A stretch of 56,591 bases of DNA from Bacteroidota bacterium (GCA_025363555.1 JANYDQ010000372.1:1-56591), one strand, 5' to 3'. Positions 37,764 through 49,080 are shown, counted from the first letter of the stretch. Notes: generated from the sequence alone by a model not told the origin. Program-made: numbers and translations.

Positions 37764-38975
37764 ATGAAAAAGATAATTTATTTGTTTACTGCCGAGTATC
37801 CTTTTGGAAAATCTGAAAGCTTTATTGAAAATGAAATTGATGTTCTGGAAAATAAATTTGATACGGTTTTCATTTACCCTTTTGCATCTTCAGGAACAGA
37901 GCAGCGAAGCATTCCCAACAATGGTTTTATTCAGATAACTGATAACACCCGCCCGGGTCTTAATTCTAAAACAATATTTTTAAGAAATTTGTTTTTTATC
38001 TGTTCTGTCCATGCAGGTGAACTTCTTCATTGCTCCAAGCCTTTTTATTACCTGCAAAACATAAGGTATTTTAATTCTTTATTAATTAGAGGAATTTACG
38101 ATGTCGGAAAAATAAAAAAATTGATGAAACATCGTCCCGAAGAAATAATTTTTCATTCGTACTGGATGAACGATTGGGCACTGGCACTGGCAGTTTTAAA
38201 AAAAAAGAAAGAAATCCCTCATTTTGTGTTTCGTTGTGGCGGGTTCGATATTTATGACGAAAGGCACAAAGGCGGATTTTTGCCCTTCCGGTATTTTGTT
38301 TATCAACAATGCGATGCCATTTATCCTAACTCTGCATTTACTTTAAACTATATAAAAGCCAAAAATTGTTTTGCCGAAAAGGTAAAGTTGCAATACCTTG
38401 GAACAAAAGATGAAGGGCTGAATCCTTTTGACCCGAACGCTGAATTTACTATTGTTTCCTGTTCCAATGTATTACCTCTCAAAAGAGTTGATTTAATAGT
38501 GGAGATACTTAAAAACATTGATTTCAAAATATCCTGGATTCATTTCGGAGATGGAAATAGTATGCAGGAAATTAAAGAAAAGGCAGTACATTTACCTGCT
38601 AATATTAATGTTGAATTTAAAGGAAGAGTAACTAACAAAGCAGTGATAGGATTTTATAAAGCCTATTCTGTCAATTTATTTATTACAGTTAGCGAAACCG
38701 AAAGTTTGCCGGTTTCAATCCAGGAAGCCATTAGTTTTGGCATTCCAATATTGGCAACTCATGTGGGCGGTATGGCAGAAATTGTGAATGCACAAACGGG
38801 GTTTCTGATTGATAAAAGAGTGGAAATAAAACAAACTGCAAAGTTGATTACTGATTTTAGAGTAAGCGACAAGAACACGGTTTCATTTAGAAAAGGAGTA
38901 AGAGAATGCTGGCTCGCTCATTTTGATGCAACAAAAATTTATTCTCAATTTTACGATGAACTGATTAATAGTTAA
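37764..38975 (+). CDS. GT4 (GT-B) glycosyltransferase
   Basis: YPFGKSESF N-terminus, KRVD, SETESLPVSIQEA (EX7E), THVGGMAE. Confidence 0.9.
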   Translation: MKKIIYLFTAEYPFGKSESFIENEIDVLENKFDTVFIYPFASSGTEQRSIPNNGFIQITDNTRPGLNSKTIFLRNLFFICSVHAGELLHCSKPFYYLQNIRYFNSLLIRGIYDVGKIKKLMKHRPEEIIFHSYWMNDWALALAVLKKKKEIPHFVFRCGGFDIYDERHKGGFLPFRYFVYQQCDAIYPNSAFTLNYIKAKNCFAEKVKLQYLGTKDEGLNPFDPNAEFTIVSCSNVLPLKRVDLIVEILKNIDFKISWIHFGDGNSMQEIKEKAVHLPANINVEFKGRVTNKAVIGFYKAYSVNLFITVSETESLPVSIQEAISFGIPILATHVGGMAEIVNAQTGFLIDKRVEIKQTAKLITDFRVSDKNTVSFRKGVRECWLAHFDATKIYSQFYDELINS

Positions 38976-38983
38976 AAACTATC

Positions 38984-40441
38984 ATGTTATTTAATTCTTT
39001 TAGTTTTCTTGTTTTTTTTCCCCTGGTAACGGTAATCTATTTTTTATCACCTTACCGATTTCGATGGTTATTTTTGTTGCTTGCCAGTTGTGTGTTTTAC
39101 ATGGCATTTATTCCTTATTATATACTTATCCTTGGTTTCACTATTGTTATAGATTATTATGCAGGGATACTTATAGAAAAAGCCAAAGAAGGCAACAAGC
39201 GAAGACAGTTTCTGATAATGAGCCTGGTGGCGAACATTGGAGTGCTGGCAGTTTTCAAATATTACAATTTTTTTATTGACAACCTTGCCGACATTATTGC
39301 GTATTTTGGGTTTACTTCTCCTATTCCTTACTTATCCCTCCTCCTTCCCATTGGGTTGTCGTTCCATACGTTTCAGGCAATGAGTTATACCATTGAAGTG
39401 TACAGGGGCAATCAGCCTGCCGAACGTGATTTTATAAAATACGCTTTGTATGTTTTATTTTTTCCGCAGTTGGTTGCCGGTCCCATAGAGCGACCACAAA
39501 GTTTATTGCCACAGTTTAGTAGGCATTACGATGTTGATTACGATAGAATTGTTGCCGGACTGAAGCAAATGTTGTGGGGTTTTTTCAAAAAAATAGTGAT
39601 AGCCGACCGATTAGCTGCATTGGTAAAACAAGGATATGGCAACATAGATAACCATGATGGGGTTTCGTTATTAATATTTACTTACCTTTTTGCTATCCAG
39701 ATTTATTGCGACTTTTCAGGATACTCTGACATTGCAATAGGTGCTGCTAAAGTATTAGGAATTAATTTAAGAGAAAATTTCCGAACACCTTATTTTGCCA
39801 CTTCTGTAAAAGAATTCTGGGTTAGATGGCACATCTCTCTTTCTACCTGGTTTCGCGATTATTTATACATTCCGCTGGGAGGTAAAAGGGTAGAAAAGGC
39901 ACGATGGTTTATGAACATAATGATTGTGTTTTTAATAAGCGGTTTGTGGCACGGAGCCAACTGGACCTTTATAATATGGGGTGCTTTGCACGGGTTATAT
40001 ATAATACTTGGAAACTTTTTTAATCGCGTGTTGACTCCTGTTATAGTAGATTTTGAAGATGAAAGGAAAATCAGAAGGTTTATTATATCAATTATTAAAG
40101 TTATAATTACCTTCCACCTGGTTGCGTTTGCCTGGATATTTTTTCGTGCTGCCTCTGTAGACGATGCTTTTAATATTATTGTGCGAATATTTACGTTGCA
40201 GGATTTTGATAAGTTTAGTAATTTATCATTATTCAAAATAAGTGACATAACAGGTGTAATGGTAATGCTTGGTTTGCTTATTTTGTTTCTTTGTTCCGAT
40301 TCGTTTATGGATAAAGTACTTAACCGGAAAACAGTAATTAAAAGCAGGTTCCTTAATTTTGCTTTATTTGCAGGCATTTTGGTTTTTATTTTAATTTTCG
40401 GACATTTCTCAGATACTAACTTTATTTACTTTCAATTTTAA
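38984..40441 (+). CDS. MBOAT O-acyltransferase (AlgI/DltB family)
   Basis: MLFNSFSF, LPIGLSFHTFQ, FPQLVAGPIER, DFSGYSDIA, FWVRWHISLS, SGLWHGA, FIYFQF. Confidence 0.96.
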   Translation: MLFNSFSFLVFFPLVTVIYFLSPYRFRWLFLLLASCVFYMAFIPYYILILGFTIVIDYYAGILIEKAKEGNKRRQFLIMSLVANIGVLAVFKYYNFFIDNLADIIAYFGFTSPIPYLSLLLPIGLSFHTFQAMSYTIEVYRGNQPAERDFIKYALYVLFFPQLVAGPIERPQSLLPQFSRHYDVDYDRIVAGLKQMLWGFFKKIVIADRLAALVKQGYGNIDNHDGVSLLIFTYLFAIQIYCDFSGYSDIAIGAAKVLGINLRENFRTPYFATSVKEFWVRWHISLSTWFRDYLYIPLGGKRVEKARWFMNIMIVFLISGLWHGANWTFIIWGALHGLYIILGNFFNRVLTPVIVDFEDERKIRRFIISIIKVIITFHLVAFAWIFFRAASVDDAFNIIVRIFTLQDFDKFSNLSLFKISDITGVMVMLGLLILFLCSDSFMDKVLNRKTVIKSRFLNFALFAGILVFILIFGHFSDTNFIYFQF

Positions 40442-41410
40442 ATGAAAACAAAAAAAATTGTGGTTAACGGGTTATTATTTTTAGTGATGTTTTCGCTAAT
40501 ATACTTTCCTGCACTTGTTTTTGTTTGTAAAGTAAACTATAAAGGTAAACCATTAATTTACCGTACATCTGATATTTACACGCTTAAAGGAGGAAACACC
40601 TTTCAGAAATTTAAGGAATTTGATAAAAATATAAAGTATGATATTATCGTTGTTGGGTCGTCCGAAGCTTACAGAGGTTACGACCCCCGGAATTTCAAAA
40701 AGTCGGGGATAACTATTTTTAACCTGGGCACCAGCGCTCAAACTCCTTTGAATTCTTATATAATCTCTAAACAGTACATCACTTCTTCAAACTGTAAACT
40801 AGTGGTGCTGGATGTGTACGATGGGGCTTTTCATAATAATGGTTTCGAATCGTCTTCCGACTTAATTCAAAATCTTTCGTCTGATGTGGCAGCCATTGAA
40901 ATGGCTTCATCTTACAAAAACCCCCAAATAATAAATATGCTTGCTCTGCGATTTGTAAATTCTGGTAGACCCATAATGTACAGGGATTCTCTTTATGTTG
41001 GCAATGGTTTTAGCGAACGAAGAGATACACTTAAATATTCATTGCCTTTTGATGAATACGAAAACAGGTATCTCCCAAATGAAGTACAAATTGACTACCT
41101 GGAAAAATTACTTAACTATTTTAATTCAAATCATATTCCGGTAGTAATGGTGACAGTTCCTTTTCCAAAAGAAAAAATTAAGGAACAACATTTTGTTTAT
41201 AAAAAAATATTTACTGATTTATCCTCAAAATATAATGTCCCTTACCTTGATTATGCTTTTAATAATTATTTTAATTCGCAAACGCATTTTTACGATTCGC
41301 ATCATCTTAATCAGGCAGGGGTTGACTTGTTTAATAAAATATTTCTGGAAGATTTGAATAAAAGAAATATTTTAAAAAGCCACAACATTAATTTTAAAAT
41401 CGAAAATTAA
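40442..41410 (+). CDS. SGNH-like partner of the MBOAT acyltransferase (DltD/AlgJ-like)
   Basis: N-terminal TM, VGSSEA, FNLG, FYDSHHLN (DxxH). Abuts the MBOAT gene. Confidence 0.75.
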   Translation: MKTKKIVVNGLLFLVMFSLIYFPALVFVCKVNYKGKPLIYRTSDIYTLKGGNTFQKFKEFDKNIKYDIIVVGSSEAYRGYDPRNFKKSGITIFNLGTSAQTPLNSYIISKQYITSSNCKLVVLDVYDGAFHNNGFESSSDLIQNLSSDVAAIEMASSYKNPQIINMLALRFVNSGRPIMYRDSLYVGNGFSERRDTLKYSLPFDEYENRYLPNEVQIDYLEKLLNYFNSNHIPVVMVTVPFPKEKIKEQHFVYKKIFTDLSSKYNVPYLDYAFNNYFNSQTHFYDSHHLNQAGVDLFNKIFLEDLNKRNILKSHNINFKIEN

Positions 41411-41415
41411 CTGAA

Positions 41416-42948
41416 TTGAAATCTTCCTACTACTTTAGTTTACTAATTTTTTTAATGGTTATCATCAGGATTTATGCTGTTTTTGAATGGAAACAAAATT
41501 TTTCAAATGATGAAAGTGTAACCTACCTTAGTGCAACCGGCAACCAGGTAAGGTATGCCAACCTGGCTAACCCGGATTCCGCTTACCTCAACAATTTCAC
41601 AAATTCAACCACATGGAAAGACTGTTATGTTTCTAATCCAGACTTTTGTTTTCAGAAAATTGCAGCCGGGCTGGCTCAATACGACATACATCCGCCATTG
41701 TATTTCTGGCTGATGCATCTTTTTGTTCTTTTATTCGGATTACACCTGTACACGGGTTTAATTCTTAATTTAATAATTACCGCTTTCACATTTAGTGCAT
41801 TGTTTAAAATTGCTGATTATATTTTCAAAGATTATACAAAGGCAACAATGGTTTGTGCTTTATGGTTTTTAAGTCCTGCGGTTGTGCAAATGGATTTGGA
41901 GGCCCGACATTATCAATTGTTCGCTCTTTTTTCCGTTCTTTTAAGTTATACTGCTTTAAAAGTGTTGGCTGACAAAAAATTAAGCAATAGAAATATCTTT
42001 TTTATTTCGCTTTATTCTGCTTTAGGCTTGTTAACTCACTATTATTTTACATTTGTTATTGGTGGAATATTTATTTTGTTTTTATTAAGGTGTAGATTTT
42101 CAATGTTGACTAAAATAAGTTTATGCTTTATTGCAGCGTATAGTGTTTTTATTTCTGTTTTCCCTGAATTCATTACTTTTATAAAAAATTATTTACTGTT
42201 AAAAGGAAGTGTGAATCATATACATAAATTCCAATCCCTTATGGACAAAATGAAAACACAACTATATGCCACTCTTGATTTTGGTGCTTATGGTCACCTT
42301 TTGAAATATATTTATTTACTTATTTTATTGTTTCTTGCCTCTACTTTATTGTATAAAATTTATAAAAACAAAAAAAGCCATTTGCTTTTAATTTCAACAC
42401 CCATAAGCAATACTTTGTTTTTATTAACCTGGAATGTGTTGTTTACAGTTATTTTCTACATGAATAATATCAGCCCTAATCAGGCGGTTGGCGAACAATA
42501 TTACTCTTATATCTGGCCCCTGTTTTCTATTCTGATTGTGTATTCAATTCATTTCCTTAAAATACCTTCTTTTATTGTAACTGCATACATTACTATTCTT
42601 TTCTTTTTTTGTTTTTTTTCCATCAAAAACAGTGCTTACCTCAAATGTGAAATCCCTATGAGCTGGTATGCAGAGGCAAATAATGCAGATTTGCTTGTAA
42701 TTGATTCGTATGACAGGTGTTTATTACCCCGAACATTACATTTTATAGATAATAACAAAAATTTGTTTGTAGGAGATGCTAAGAAAATGAAAAAGGTGGA
42801 TTCTTATAATAGAATAGTATTGTTTTACCTAATAAATGAAGATAAAGAAAATCAATATCCTATTTTGCCTGGTTTTAAATTAATTAAAAAGGATAAGTAT
42901 CCGGATTCTCAAAATCATTTTTATTACATGGAGTCGTACCAAAAGTAG
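41416..42948 (+). CDS. GT-C membrane glycosyltransferase (GT39/ArnT/PMT-like)
   Basis: NDE motif after TM1, DIHPPLYF, EARHY, LTHYY, many TMs. Confidence 0.8.
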   Translation: MKSSYYFSLLIFLMVIIRIYAVFEWKQNFSNDESVTYLSATGNQVRYANLANPDSAYLNNFTNSTTWKDCYVSNPDFCFQKIAAGLAQYDIHPPLYFWLMHLFVLLFGLHLYTGLILNLIITAFTFSALFKIADYIFKDYTKATMVCALWFLSPAVVQMDLEARHYQLFALFSVLLSYTALKVLADKKLSNRNIFFISLYSALGLLTHYYFTFVIGGIFILFLLRCRFSMLTKISLCFIAAYSVFISVFPEFITFIKNYLLLKGSVNHIHKFQSLMDKMKTQLYATLDFGAYGHLLKYIYLLILLFLASTLLYKIYKNKKSHLLLISTPISNTLFLLTWNVLFTVIFYMNNISPNQAVGEQYYSYIWPLFSILIVYSIHFLKIPSFIVTAYITILFFFCFFSIKNSAYLKCEIPMSWYAEANNADLLVIDSYDRCLLPRTLHFIDNNKNLFVGDAKKMKKVDSYNRIVLFYLINEDKENQYPILPGFKLIKKDKYPDSQNHFYYMESYQK

Positions 42949-42994
42949 GTAGGTTTAATTTTTTTAGACTATAATAGGCAAATACATTTTTAAA

Positions 42995-44059
42995 GTGAAT
43001 ATGAAGCGTATAAAGGGTTTTGACGGTCTAAGGTTTTTTTCAATAATGTTTGTTTTAACTTTTCACCTGGGTGCCTTAAATTTAGTTCCTGATATTCCTT
43101 ATATAAAGAAAAATATATATTATTTTTTTTCGGGTGGAGCGGGGGTGAGTATGTTTTTTGCTATCAGTGGATTTTTGATAACATCACTTTTGTTATTCGA
43201 AAAAAAAACAAATGGTAAAATTAATATTAAGAAATTTTTTATCCGGAGGTTTTTACGTCTTCTTCCTCCTATAATACCTTTTTACATTGCTGTTGCAATG
43301 TTTATGTATATGGGTTATATAAGAGAATCTTATATCGGGCTTTTGGCTTCTATATTATATTTATACAATTTTATCCCTATCGACAAAAGGTTTTTTACTG
43401 CGGAATTAACACATACCTGGTCTTTGGCTGTAGAGGAACAATTTTATTTTACATGGCCCTTTGCATTGAGTTTTCTGAATCCGAAAAGAATTTATAGTTT
43501 GGTAATTGTTGTTTTAATTATAAGTTTCGGAATAATTTTTAGTCTGCCTTATGTTAGTTTTCATCATCATCTGCTGAATCATTTGTTTTATGTTGAACGG
43601 TGGATAATTCCTGCAATTGCACCAATTCTGATTGGTTCAGTAGCAGCGTTATTTAATAATTATAATTACAAATTGGTTAAACATTATTTTCAAAGAAAGA
43701 TGTGGCTTTTTATAAGTCTTGGTATTTTATGTGTCCCTTTTTATTTGCCCGATTTTTTGTTTGTTTCAGTTCAGATTTTTTATTCTCTGGGAGCATCATT
43801 ACTATTACTATGGATTTCGCATAATCAATTTAGCGGTTTGGTTGTGTTTTTAGAAAACAAAGTGATGAGTTATATTGGTAAAATATCTTATGGCTTATAC
43901 ATCTGGCAGGGGTTTTTCATCGGGGACAAGCCAAAAGTTGATCCGAAACTTTGGGTGCATTTTTTTCCTGTAAATATTATTCTTACTTTTCTTGTGGCAA
44001 TTATTTCTTTTGAATTTTATGAAAAGAAAATTTTAAAAATAAAACAAAGGTATAAGTGA
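42995..44059 (+). CDS. Acyltransferase-3 (OafA-like) family
   Basis: FDGLR, FFAISGFLIT, RRFLRLLP, HTWSLAVEEQFY, GKISYGLYIW. Confidence 0.93.
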   Translation: MNMKRIKGFDGLRFFSIMFVLTFHLGALNLVPDIPYIKKNIYYFFSGGAGVSMFFAISGFLITSLLLFEKKTNGKINIKKFFIRRFLRLLPPIIPFYIAVAMFMYMGYIRESYIGLLASILYLYNFIPIDKRFFTAELTHTWSLAVEEQFYFTWPFALSFLNPKRIYSLVIVVLIISFGIIFSLPYVSFHHHLLNHLFYVERWIIPAIAPILIGSVAALFNNYNYKLVKHYFQRKMWLFISLGILCVPFYLPDFLFVSVQIFYSLGASLLLLWISHNQFSGLVVFLENKVMSYIGKISYGLYIWQGFFIGDKPKVDPKLWVHFFPVNIILTFLVAIISFEFYEKKILKIKQRYK

Positions 44060-44090
44060 GTTTATCAAAAAACAATTTGGCTGAATTAAA

Positions 44091-44999
44091 ATGTCCACTT
44101 TAGTTTCTATTATTATCCCGTGCCATAATGCGGAAAAATATATTGCGGAATGTATTGACTCTGCCTTGAATCAATCGCATCCTGATATTGAAATTATTTG
44201 TGTGGAAAATAATTCTGTGGATAATACATGGGGAGTTCTGAATGAATTGGCAAATAAGTATCCCGAAAAAGTTACTGTATTGACCCAAATAGCAAAGGGT
44301 GCTTCTGTGGCAAGAAATTCCGGACTCTCTATAGCAAAAGGAGAATGGATTCAATTTTTAGACGCGGATGATATTCTTCTGCCGGATAAAATAAGTAATC
44401 AGCTTAAATTAATAGGTGGTAAAAGCATAGATCTGGTTATAGGTAATTATAGCAGAACTGAAAATGAGGTAACCGAAAATATAAAACAAATTACAAATAC
44501 CTGGGAGGGATTGATTAAAGGGCGTCTAGGTTTTACGAGTTCTAATTTATGGAGAAAAAGTGTGCTAATAAAAATAGGTGGATGGGATGATATTAAAAGC
44601 AGCCAGGAAGCATACCTGATGTTTAAAATTTTACAGCAAAATGGAATTACTTTATTTGATGAAGAGTTTTATACAATAAAAATTGAAAGAACAACAAACT
44701 CCATATCTAAAACAAATGTAAAGGATAATATTATAAGGTATATTGAATTAAGAATTGCTATCTGGGAATATTTGAAAACATCCGGACAATTAACGGATGA
44801 TATACTAAAAGTATTAAAGATAAATGTTTTTGACAGTATCAGAATATTGTATAAGGAAAACAAGTTGGCAGGTACAGACTTATATAATAAATATGTGAAA
44901 GATAAATTTAAACCTATACCTTCGTCTGCAACTTCTGTTTTATATCTGTGCATATACACTATAGCGGGGTTTAAATTAGTTCAAAAAGTAACAGGATAG
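44091..44999 (+). CDS. GT2 glycosyltransferase
   Basis: VSIIIPCHN, GASVARN, QFLDADD motifs. Confidence 0.9.
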   Translation: MSTLVSIIIPCHNAEKYIAECIDSALNQSHPDIEIICVENNSVDNTWGVLNELANKYPEKVTVLTQIAKGASVARNSGLSIAKGEWIQFLDADDILLPDKISNQLKLIGGKSIDLVIGNYSRTENEVTENIKQITNTWEGLIKGRLGFTSSNLWRKSVLIKIGGWDDIKSSQEAYLMFKILQQNGITLFDEEFYTIKIERTTNSISKTNVKDNIIRYIELRIAIWEYLKTSGQLTDDILKVLKINVFDSIRILYKENKLAGTDLYNKYVKDKFKPIPSSATSVLYLCIYTIAGFKLVQKVTG

Positions 45000-45007
45000 T
45001 TTATAGA

Positions 45008-46111
45008 ATGACGAAAAAGATACTTATTGTTGTTGGCACCCGCCCTAATTTTATTAAGGTAACGCAGTTTAAGAAAGAAACTGAAAAATACGCTGAACTT
45101 GATTTGAAAATTGTTCATACCGGGCAACACTACGATTCTAAAATGGCGGATGTGTTTTTCGAACAGTTCCATCTCGTTCCTGATTTTTTTCTGAATATTT
45201 CTAATCATTCTCCTGTTTCTCAAATAGCGCAGATTATGTTAAGGTTGGAAGAGCTTCTCTTTACTTCTTATTCACCCGATTTAATAATTGTTGTCGGTGA
45301 TGTAAATTCAACATTGGCTGCCGCATTAGTTGCCAATAAATTAAATATTAAACTGGCTCATTTGGAAAGCGGATTACGAAGTTTTGATAATTCAATGCCT
45401 GAAGAGCATAATAGAATTTTAACCGATGCAATAACTGATTATTTTTTTGTGACCGAACAAAGTGGAATAGACAATTTGATTAATGCCGGCAGTGATAAGA
45501 AAAACATATATTTTGTTGGAAATACAATGATTGATACATTAGTTAAGTTCGAAGCGAAAGTCAAATTATCTTCCATTTTAATAAAGTTGAATATTGAACC
45601 TGAAAATTATGTGTTAATGACAATGCACAGGCCTGCAACTGTAGATGATGCTGCCGGACTTACCGGGTTAATTGAATTGATTGAAGAGGTTACAGCAAAG
45701 TATAAATTGGTGTTTCCCATTCACCCCAGAACTTTAAAGAATCTTGAAAAAACCGATTTGCTGGAGCGTTTTCAAGCTAATAAAAACATCATTTCAACAG
45801 AACCCTTAGATTACTTTTCTTTTCAAAATTTAATACTAAATTGTAAATTTATTTTAACTGATAGTGGCGGCATTCAGGAAGAATCAACATATGTGGGAGT
45901 ACCCTGTTTAACATTAAGAAATAATACAGAACGACCGGTAACTTGTTCTATCGGAACAAATACTTTAATCCCTTTTGATTTACATGCTGTTCGGGAGCAG
46001 ATAAACCTTGTAGAAACGGGAAGGTATAAAACAGGAAAAATTCCCGAACAATGGGATGGAAAAGCCACAGAAAGAATTTTAAATATTTTAAATCAGCTGT
46101 TAATGAAATGA
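45008..46111 (+). CDS. wecB: UDP-N-acetylglucosamine 2-epimerase (non-hydrolysing)
   Basis: GTRPNFIK, HTGQHYD, GDVNST, HLESGLRS, MPEEHNR, TDSGGIQEE, TERP. Confidence 0.95.
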   Translation: MTKKILIVVGTRPNFIKVTQFKKETEKYAELDLKIVHTGQHYDSKMADVFFEQFHLVPDFFLNISNHSPVSQIAQIMLRLEELLFTSYSPDLIIVVGDVNSTLAAALVANKLNIKLAHLESGLRSFDNSMPEEHNRILTDAITDYFFVTEQSGIDNLINAGSDKKNIYFVGNTMIDTLVKFEAKVKLSSILIKLNIEPENYVLMTMHRPATVDDAAGLTGLIELIEEVTAKYKLVFPIHPRTLKNLEKTDLLERFQANKNIISTEPLDYFSFQNLILNCKFILTDSGGIQEESTYVGVPCLTLRNNTERPVTCSIGTNTLIPFDLHAVREQINLVETGRYKTGKIPEQWDGKATERILNILNQLLMK

Positions 46112-47247
46112 TTTACCTGACTTATAACGATCAGCCATCCGGTGTTTATTTTAGCCAGGTTACTGATGTCTGCAATTATGTAAATCAAAAATTTGATGCG
46201 GAGATTCGTCTCGTTGCGCTTATATCCGTCCGCGGCTTTTCAACAAATAAAAAGGCAATCAAACGAAATTTCTCTAATGCCGTAATACTTCCAATGTTTC
46301 CTAAACAGAAGAACTGGAGGAAAAACAAAATTATTCTGAAATTCCTGTTTCTTGTGATAGGGAAACAAAATATTTGGAGCAGAGGAATATTTGCGACCAA
46401 CATGGCTCTTGAATTAAAGCAAAAAGGTTGGGTTCGGAAAGTAGTATTTGATGGCAGGGGCGCTTATGAAGCGGAATATAAAGAATATTTAAACAAAATC
46501 GTTCATTCAACAAATGATATATTTAAACTGGAAGAAACCTCAATAAATTCTTCTGACTGCCGAATTGCGGTTTCCAATCAACTCGTTGACTACTGGAGAA
46601 AAAATTACGATTATAAATTAAGTATTCATTTTATAATCCCCTGCACACTTGGTAATTTCGATGAAGCTACATTTCCTTCAGAAATGGCTTTAGAAGAAAT
46701 AAGAAAAAATATGGGTTTTAATAAAGACGATATTGTTTTTATTTATTCGGGTTCTTCTGCCGATTGGCAGTCGTTGAAATGGGTTGATGATTTTGTTTTA
46801 CTGCAAATGCAACATAATGCAGCAATAAAATTCATCTTATTGTCCAATTCAAAATCAGAACACCTGAAAACTTATAAAGAATTTCCTGACCGCATTATTC
46901 AGAAATGGGTAAAGGCATCAGAAGTTCCAGATTACTTGTTGGCTTCTGATTACGGAATACTGATAAGGGAAAATTCTGTTACCAACCAGGTAGCATCTCC
47001 CACAAAATTTGCAGAATACTTAAATGCCGGCTTGAATGTACTTATTTCCGAACATATTGGAGATTTCACAGAATTTACCAGGCATAATAAGTGCGGAACA
47101 ATTATTTCCGATTTCAACATCGGTTATAACTTTTGCAGATTAGCCTATTCTCAAAAAGTAAATAACTTTAATTTAGCACAAAAATATTTCACTAAAAGAA
47201 TTTACATCGATACATACAAAGCATTAATTGAAGTATTGAGAAATTAA
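46108..47247 (+). CDS. GT-B fold glycosyltransferase
   Basis: DGRGA..AE, YSGS...WQ, ASPTKFAEYL. ATG 46108 overlaps the wecB stop (ATGA). Confidence 0.8.
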   Translation: MIYLTYNDQPSGVYFSQVTDVCNYVNQKFDAEIRLVALISVRGFSTNKKAIKRNFSNAVILPMFPKQKNWRKNKIILKFLFLVIGKQNIWSRGIFATNMALELKQKGWVRKVVFDGRGAYEAEYKEYLNKIVHSTNDIFKLEETSINSSDCRIAVSNQLVDYWRKNYDYKLSIHFIIPCTLGNFDEATFPSEMALEEIRKNMGFNKDDIVFIYSGSSADWQSLKWVDDFVLLQMQHNAAIKFILLSNSKSEHLKTYKEFPDRIIQKWVKASEVPDYLLASDYGILIRENSVTNQVASPTKFAEYLNAGLNVLISEHIGDFTEFTRHNKCGTIISDFNIGYNFCRLAYSQKVNNFNLAQKYFTKRIYIDTYKALIEVLRN

Positions 47248-47253
47248 GTTTCA

Positions 47254-47931
47254 ATGATTAATAATAAAACTGATTACTACTTTTACCTTGAAGCAGATAG
47301 AATTGCTTTATCGAAGCCGCGAAAGGAATCGTTGTCTTTTATTTCCAACGTAAAATCTTTCTTTTTTCCTGATTATATATGGATGTTCCAAAAAACACTC
47401 CGTAAACTGGAATTTCTCAAAAACAAAAACAAAAATGTGTTTGAAAAAGCAACTTATTTTTTTGTTTTAAAAAAGTATTATCGCCTTTCTTATCAATTAG
47501 GATTTACCATTCCTGTAAATGTTTTCGGACCAGGTTTATCAATTGCACATTATGGAACAATAATAATTAATTCCGGTACTAAAGTAGGTGCCAATTGCCG
47601 TATCCATGCGGGTGTAAATATCGGGACAGAAGCCGGATATTCTGATAAGGCGCCTGTGTTGGGCAATAATATTTATATTGCCCCGGGAGCAAAAATTTTC
47701 GGACAAATTATTATTGCCGACAATACTGCAATTGCCGCCAATGCAGTGGTGAACAAATCTTTTGAAATGGCGAACACCGCAATTGGCGGTATTCCATCAA
47801 AAGTTATTTCCGAAAATATTGATATAGATGATATGCTCATTCGTGCTACCGCTATTATCGAATCAGGTTTGAACAACAAAGAATTGTCGGGTATGCCTGC
47901 AAGAGAAATAAAAAAATTATTAAATAAATAG
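47254..47931 (+). CDS. Serine O-acetyltransferase-like hexapeptide-repeat protein (glycan acetylation)
   Basis: GPGLSIAHYGTIIIN, VGANCRIH, APVLGNNIYIAPGAKIFG, ANAVV. Confidence 0.85.
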   Translation: MINNKTDYYFYLEADRIALSKPRKESLSFISNVKSFFFPDYIWMFQKTLRKLEFLKNKNKNVFEKATYFFVLKKYYRLSYQLGFTIPVNVFGPGLSIAHYGTIIINSGTKVGANCRIHAGVNIGTEAGYSDKAPVLGNNIYIAPGAKIFGQIIIADNTAIAANAVVNKSFEMANTAIGGIPSKVISENIDIDDMLIRATAIIESGLNNKELSGMPAREIKKLLNK

Positions 47932-47940
47932 TATCAAAGG

Positions 47941-49080
47941 GTGAAAATAAGTGCAGCAAATAAAATAAATTTCCACCTTCCTTTTGTTTCAGTTAATGGT
48001 TTTAGATATATTGAAGAAACAGTAACACATCATACATCCTTTTCAAAAAAATGCAAAGACTTTTTCAAAGAAAAATACAAGTTCAAAAACACATTCCTTA
48101 CTTCTTCCTGCACAGATGCTTTAGAAATGGCAGCTATTCTTGCTGATATCATGCCGGGAGATGAAGTAATAATTCCTGCATATACCTATGTATCGTCCGC
48201 AAACCCTTTTGTAATGAGAGGTGCGCACATTGTTTTTGCTGATAGCGGTATCAACTCACCGGGAATTGACGCAGATAAAATAGAATCTCTGATTACCGAA
48301 AAAACAAAGGTTATAGTTGTTGTTCATTATGGCGGACATGCCTGCGATATGGATAAAATTATGAATAGTGCCAATGCGCATCATATTATCGTGGTTGAAG
48401 ATGCGGCTCATGCTATTGATGGGTTTTATAAAAACAAACCACTCGGAAGCATCGGGCATTTAGCTGCTTTTTCATTTCACGATACAAAAAATATTTCGTG
48501 CGGTGAAGGCGGGATGCTGGTGGCGAATGATGAAAATTTAGTAAAGCGGGCTGAAATTATATTCGAAAAAGGAACCAACCGTGCTGCTTTCAACAGGGGA
48601 GAAGTAAGCAAATATGAATGGATGGACATTGGTTCTTCTTTTGCAATGTCTGAAATTACTGCTGCCTATTTATTTTCTCAACTGGAAAACCTGGAAGAAA
48701 TTCAAGCCAAAAGAAAGCAACTTTGGGATTGGTATTACCAATTATTAAAACCTTTGGCGGAAAAAAATCATTTTCAATTGTCACCTGTTTCCAATTTCGC
48801 TTTTCATAATGCCCATTTGTTTCATCTTGTGTGTGCTTCGCCAACTCAACGAGACGAACTAATGAACTACTTATCCCAAAAACATATACCCACTGCTTTT
48901 CATTACCTTTCCTTGCATAGCAGCCCATTTTATAAAGCTCAATATAAAGGAATGCCTCTTACCAATTCAGACAAGTATTCCGATTGTTTGTTACGCCTCC
49001 CTCTTCATTACCACTTGAAAAAAGAAGACGTGGAATTTATTTCAGAGGAAATTAAATTGTTCTTTAAAAAGGAAGCATGA
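47941..49080 (+). CDS. wecE: dTDP-4-amino-4,6-dideoxygalactose transaminase (DegT/DnrJ family)
   Basis: TSSCTDALEM, VEDAAH, SFHDTKNISCGEGG, EKGTNR, FHYLSLH, LLRLPL. Confidence 0.9.
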   Translation: MKISAANKINFHLPFVSVNGFRYIEETVTHHTSFSKKCKDFFKEKYKFKNTFLTSSCTDALEMAAILADIMPGDEVIIPAYTYVSSANPFVMRGAHIVFADSGINSPGIDADKIESLITEKTKVIVVVHYGGHACDMDKIMNSANAHHIIVVEDAAHAIDGFYKNKPLGSIGHLAAFSFHDTKNISCGEGGMLVANDENLVKRAEIIFEKGTNRAAFNRGEVSKYEWMDIGSSFAMSEITAAYLFSQLENLEEIQAKRKQLWDWYYQLLKPLAEKNHFQLSPVSNFAFHNAHLFHLVCASPTQRDELMNYLSQKHIPTAFHYLSLHSSPFYKAQYKGMPLTNSDKYSDCLLRLPLHYHLKKEDVEFISEEIKLFFKKEA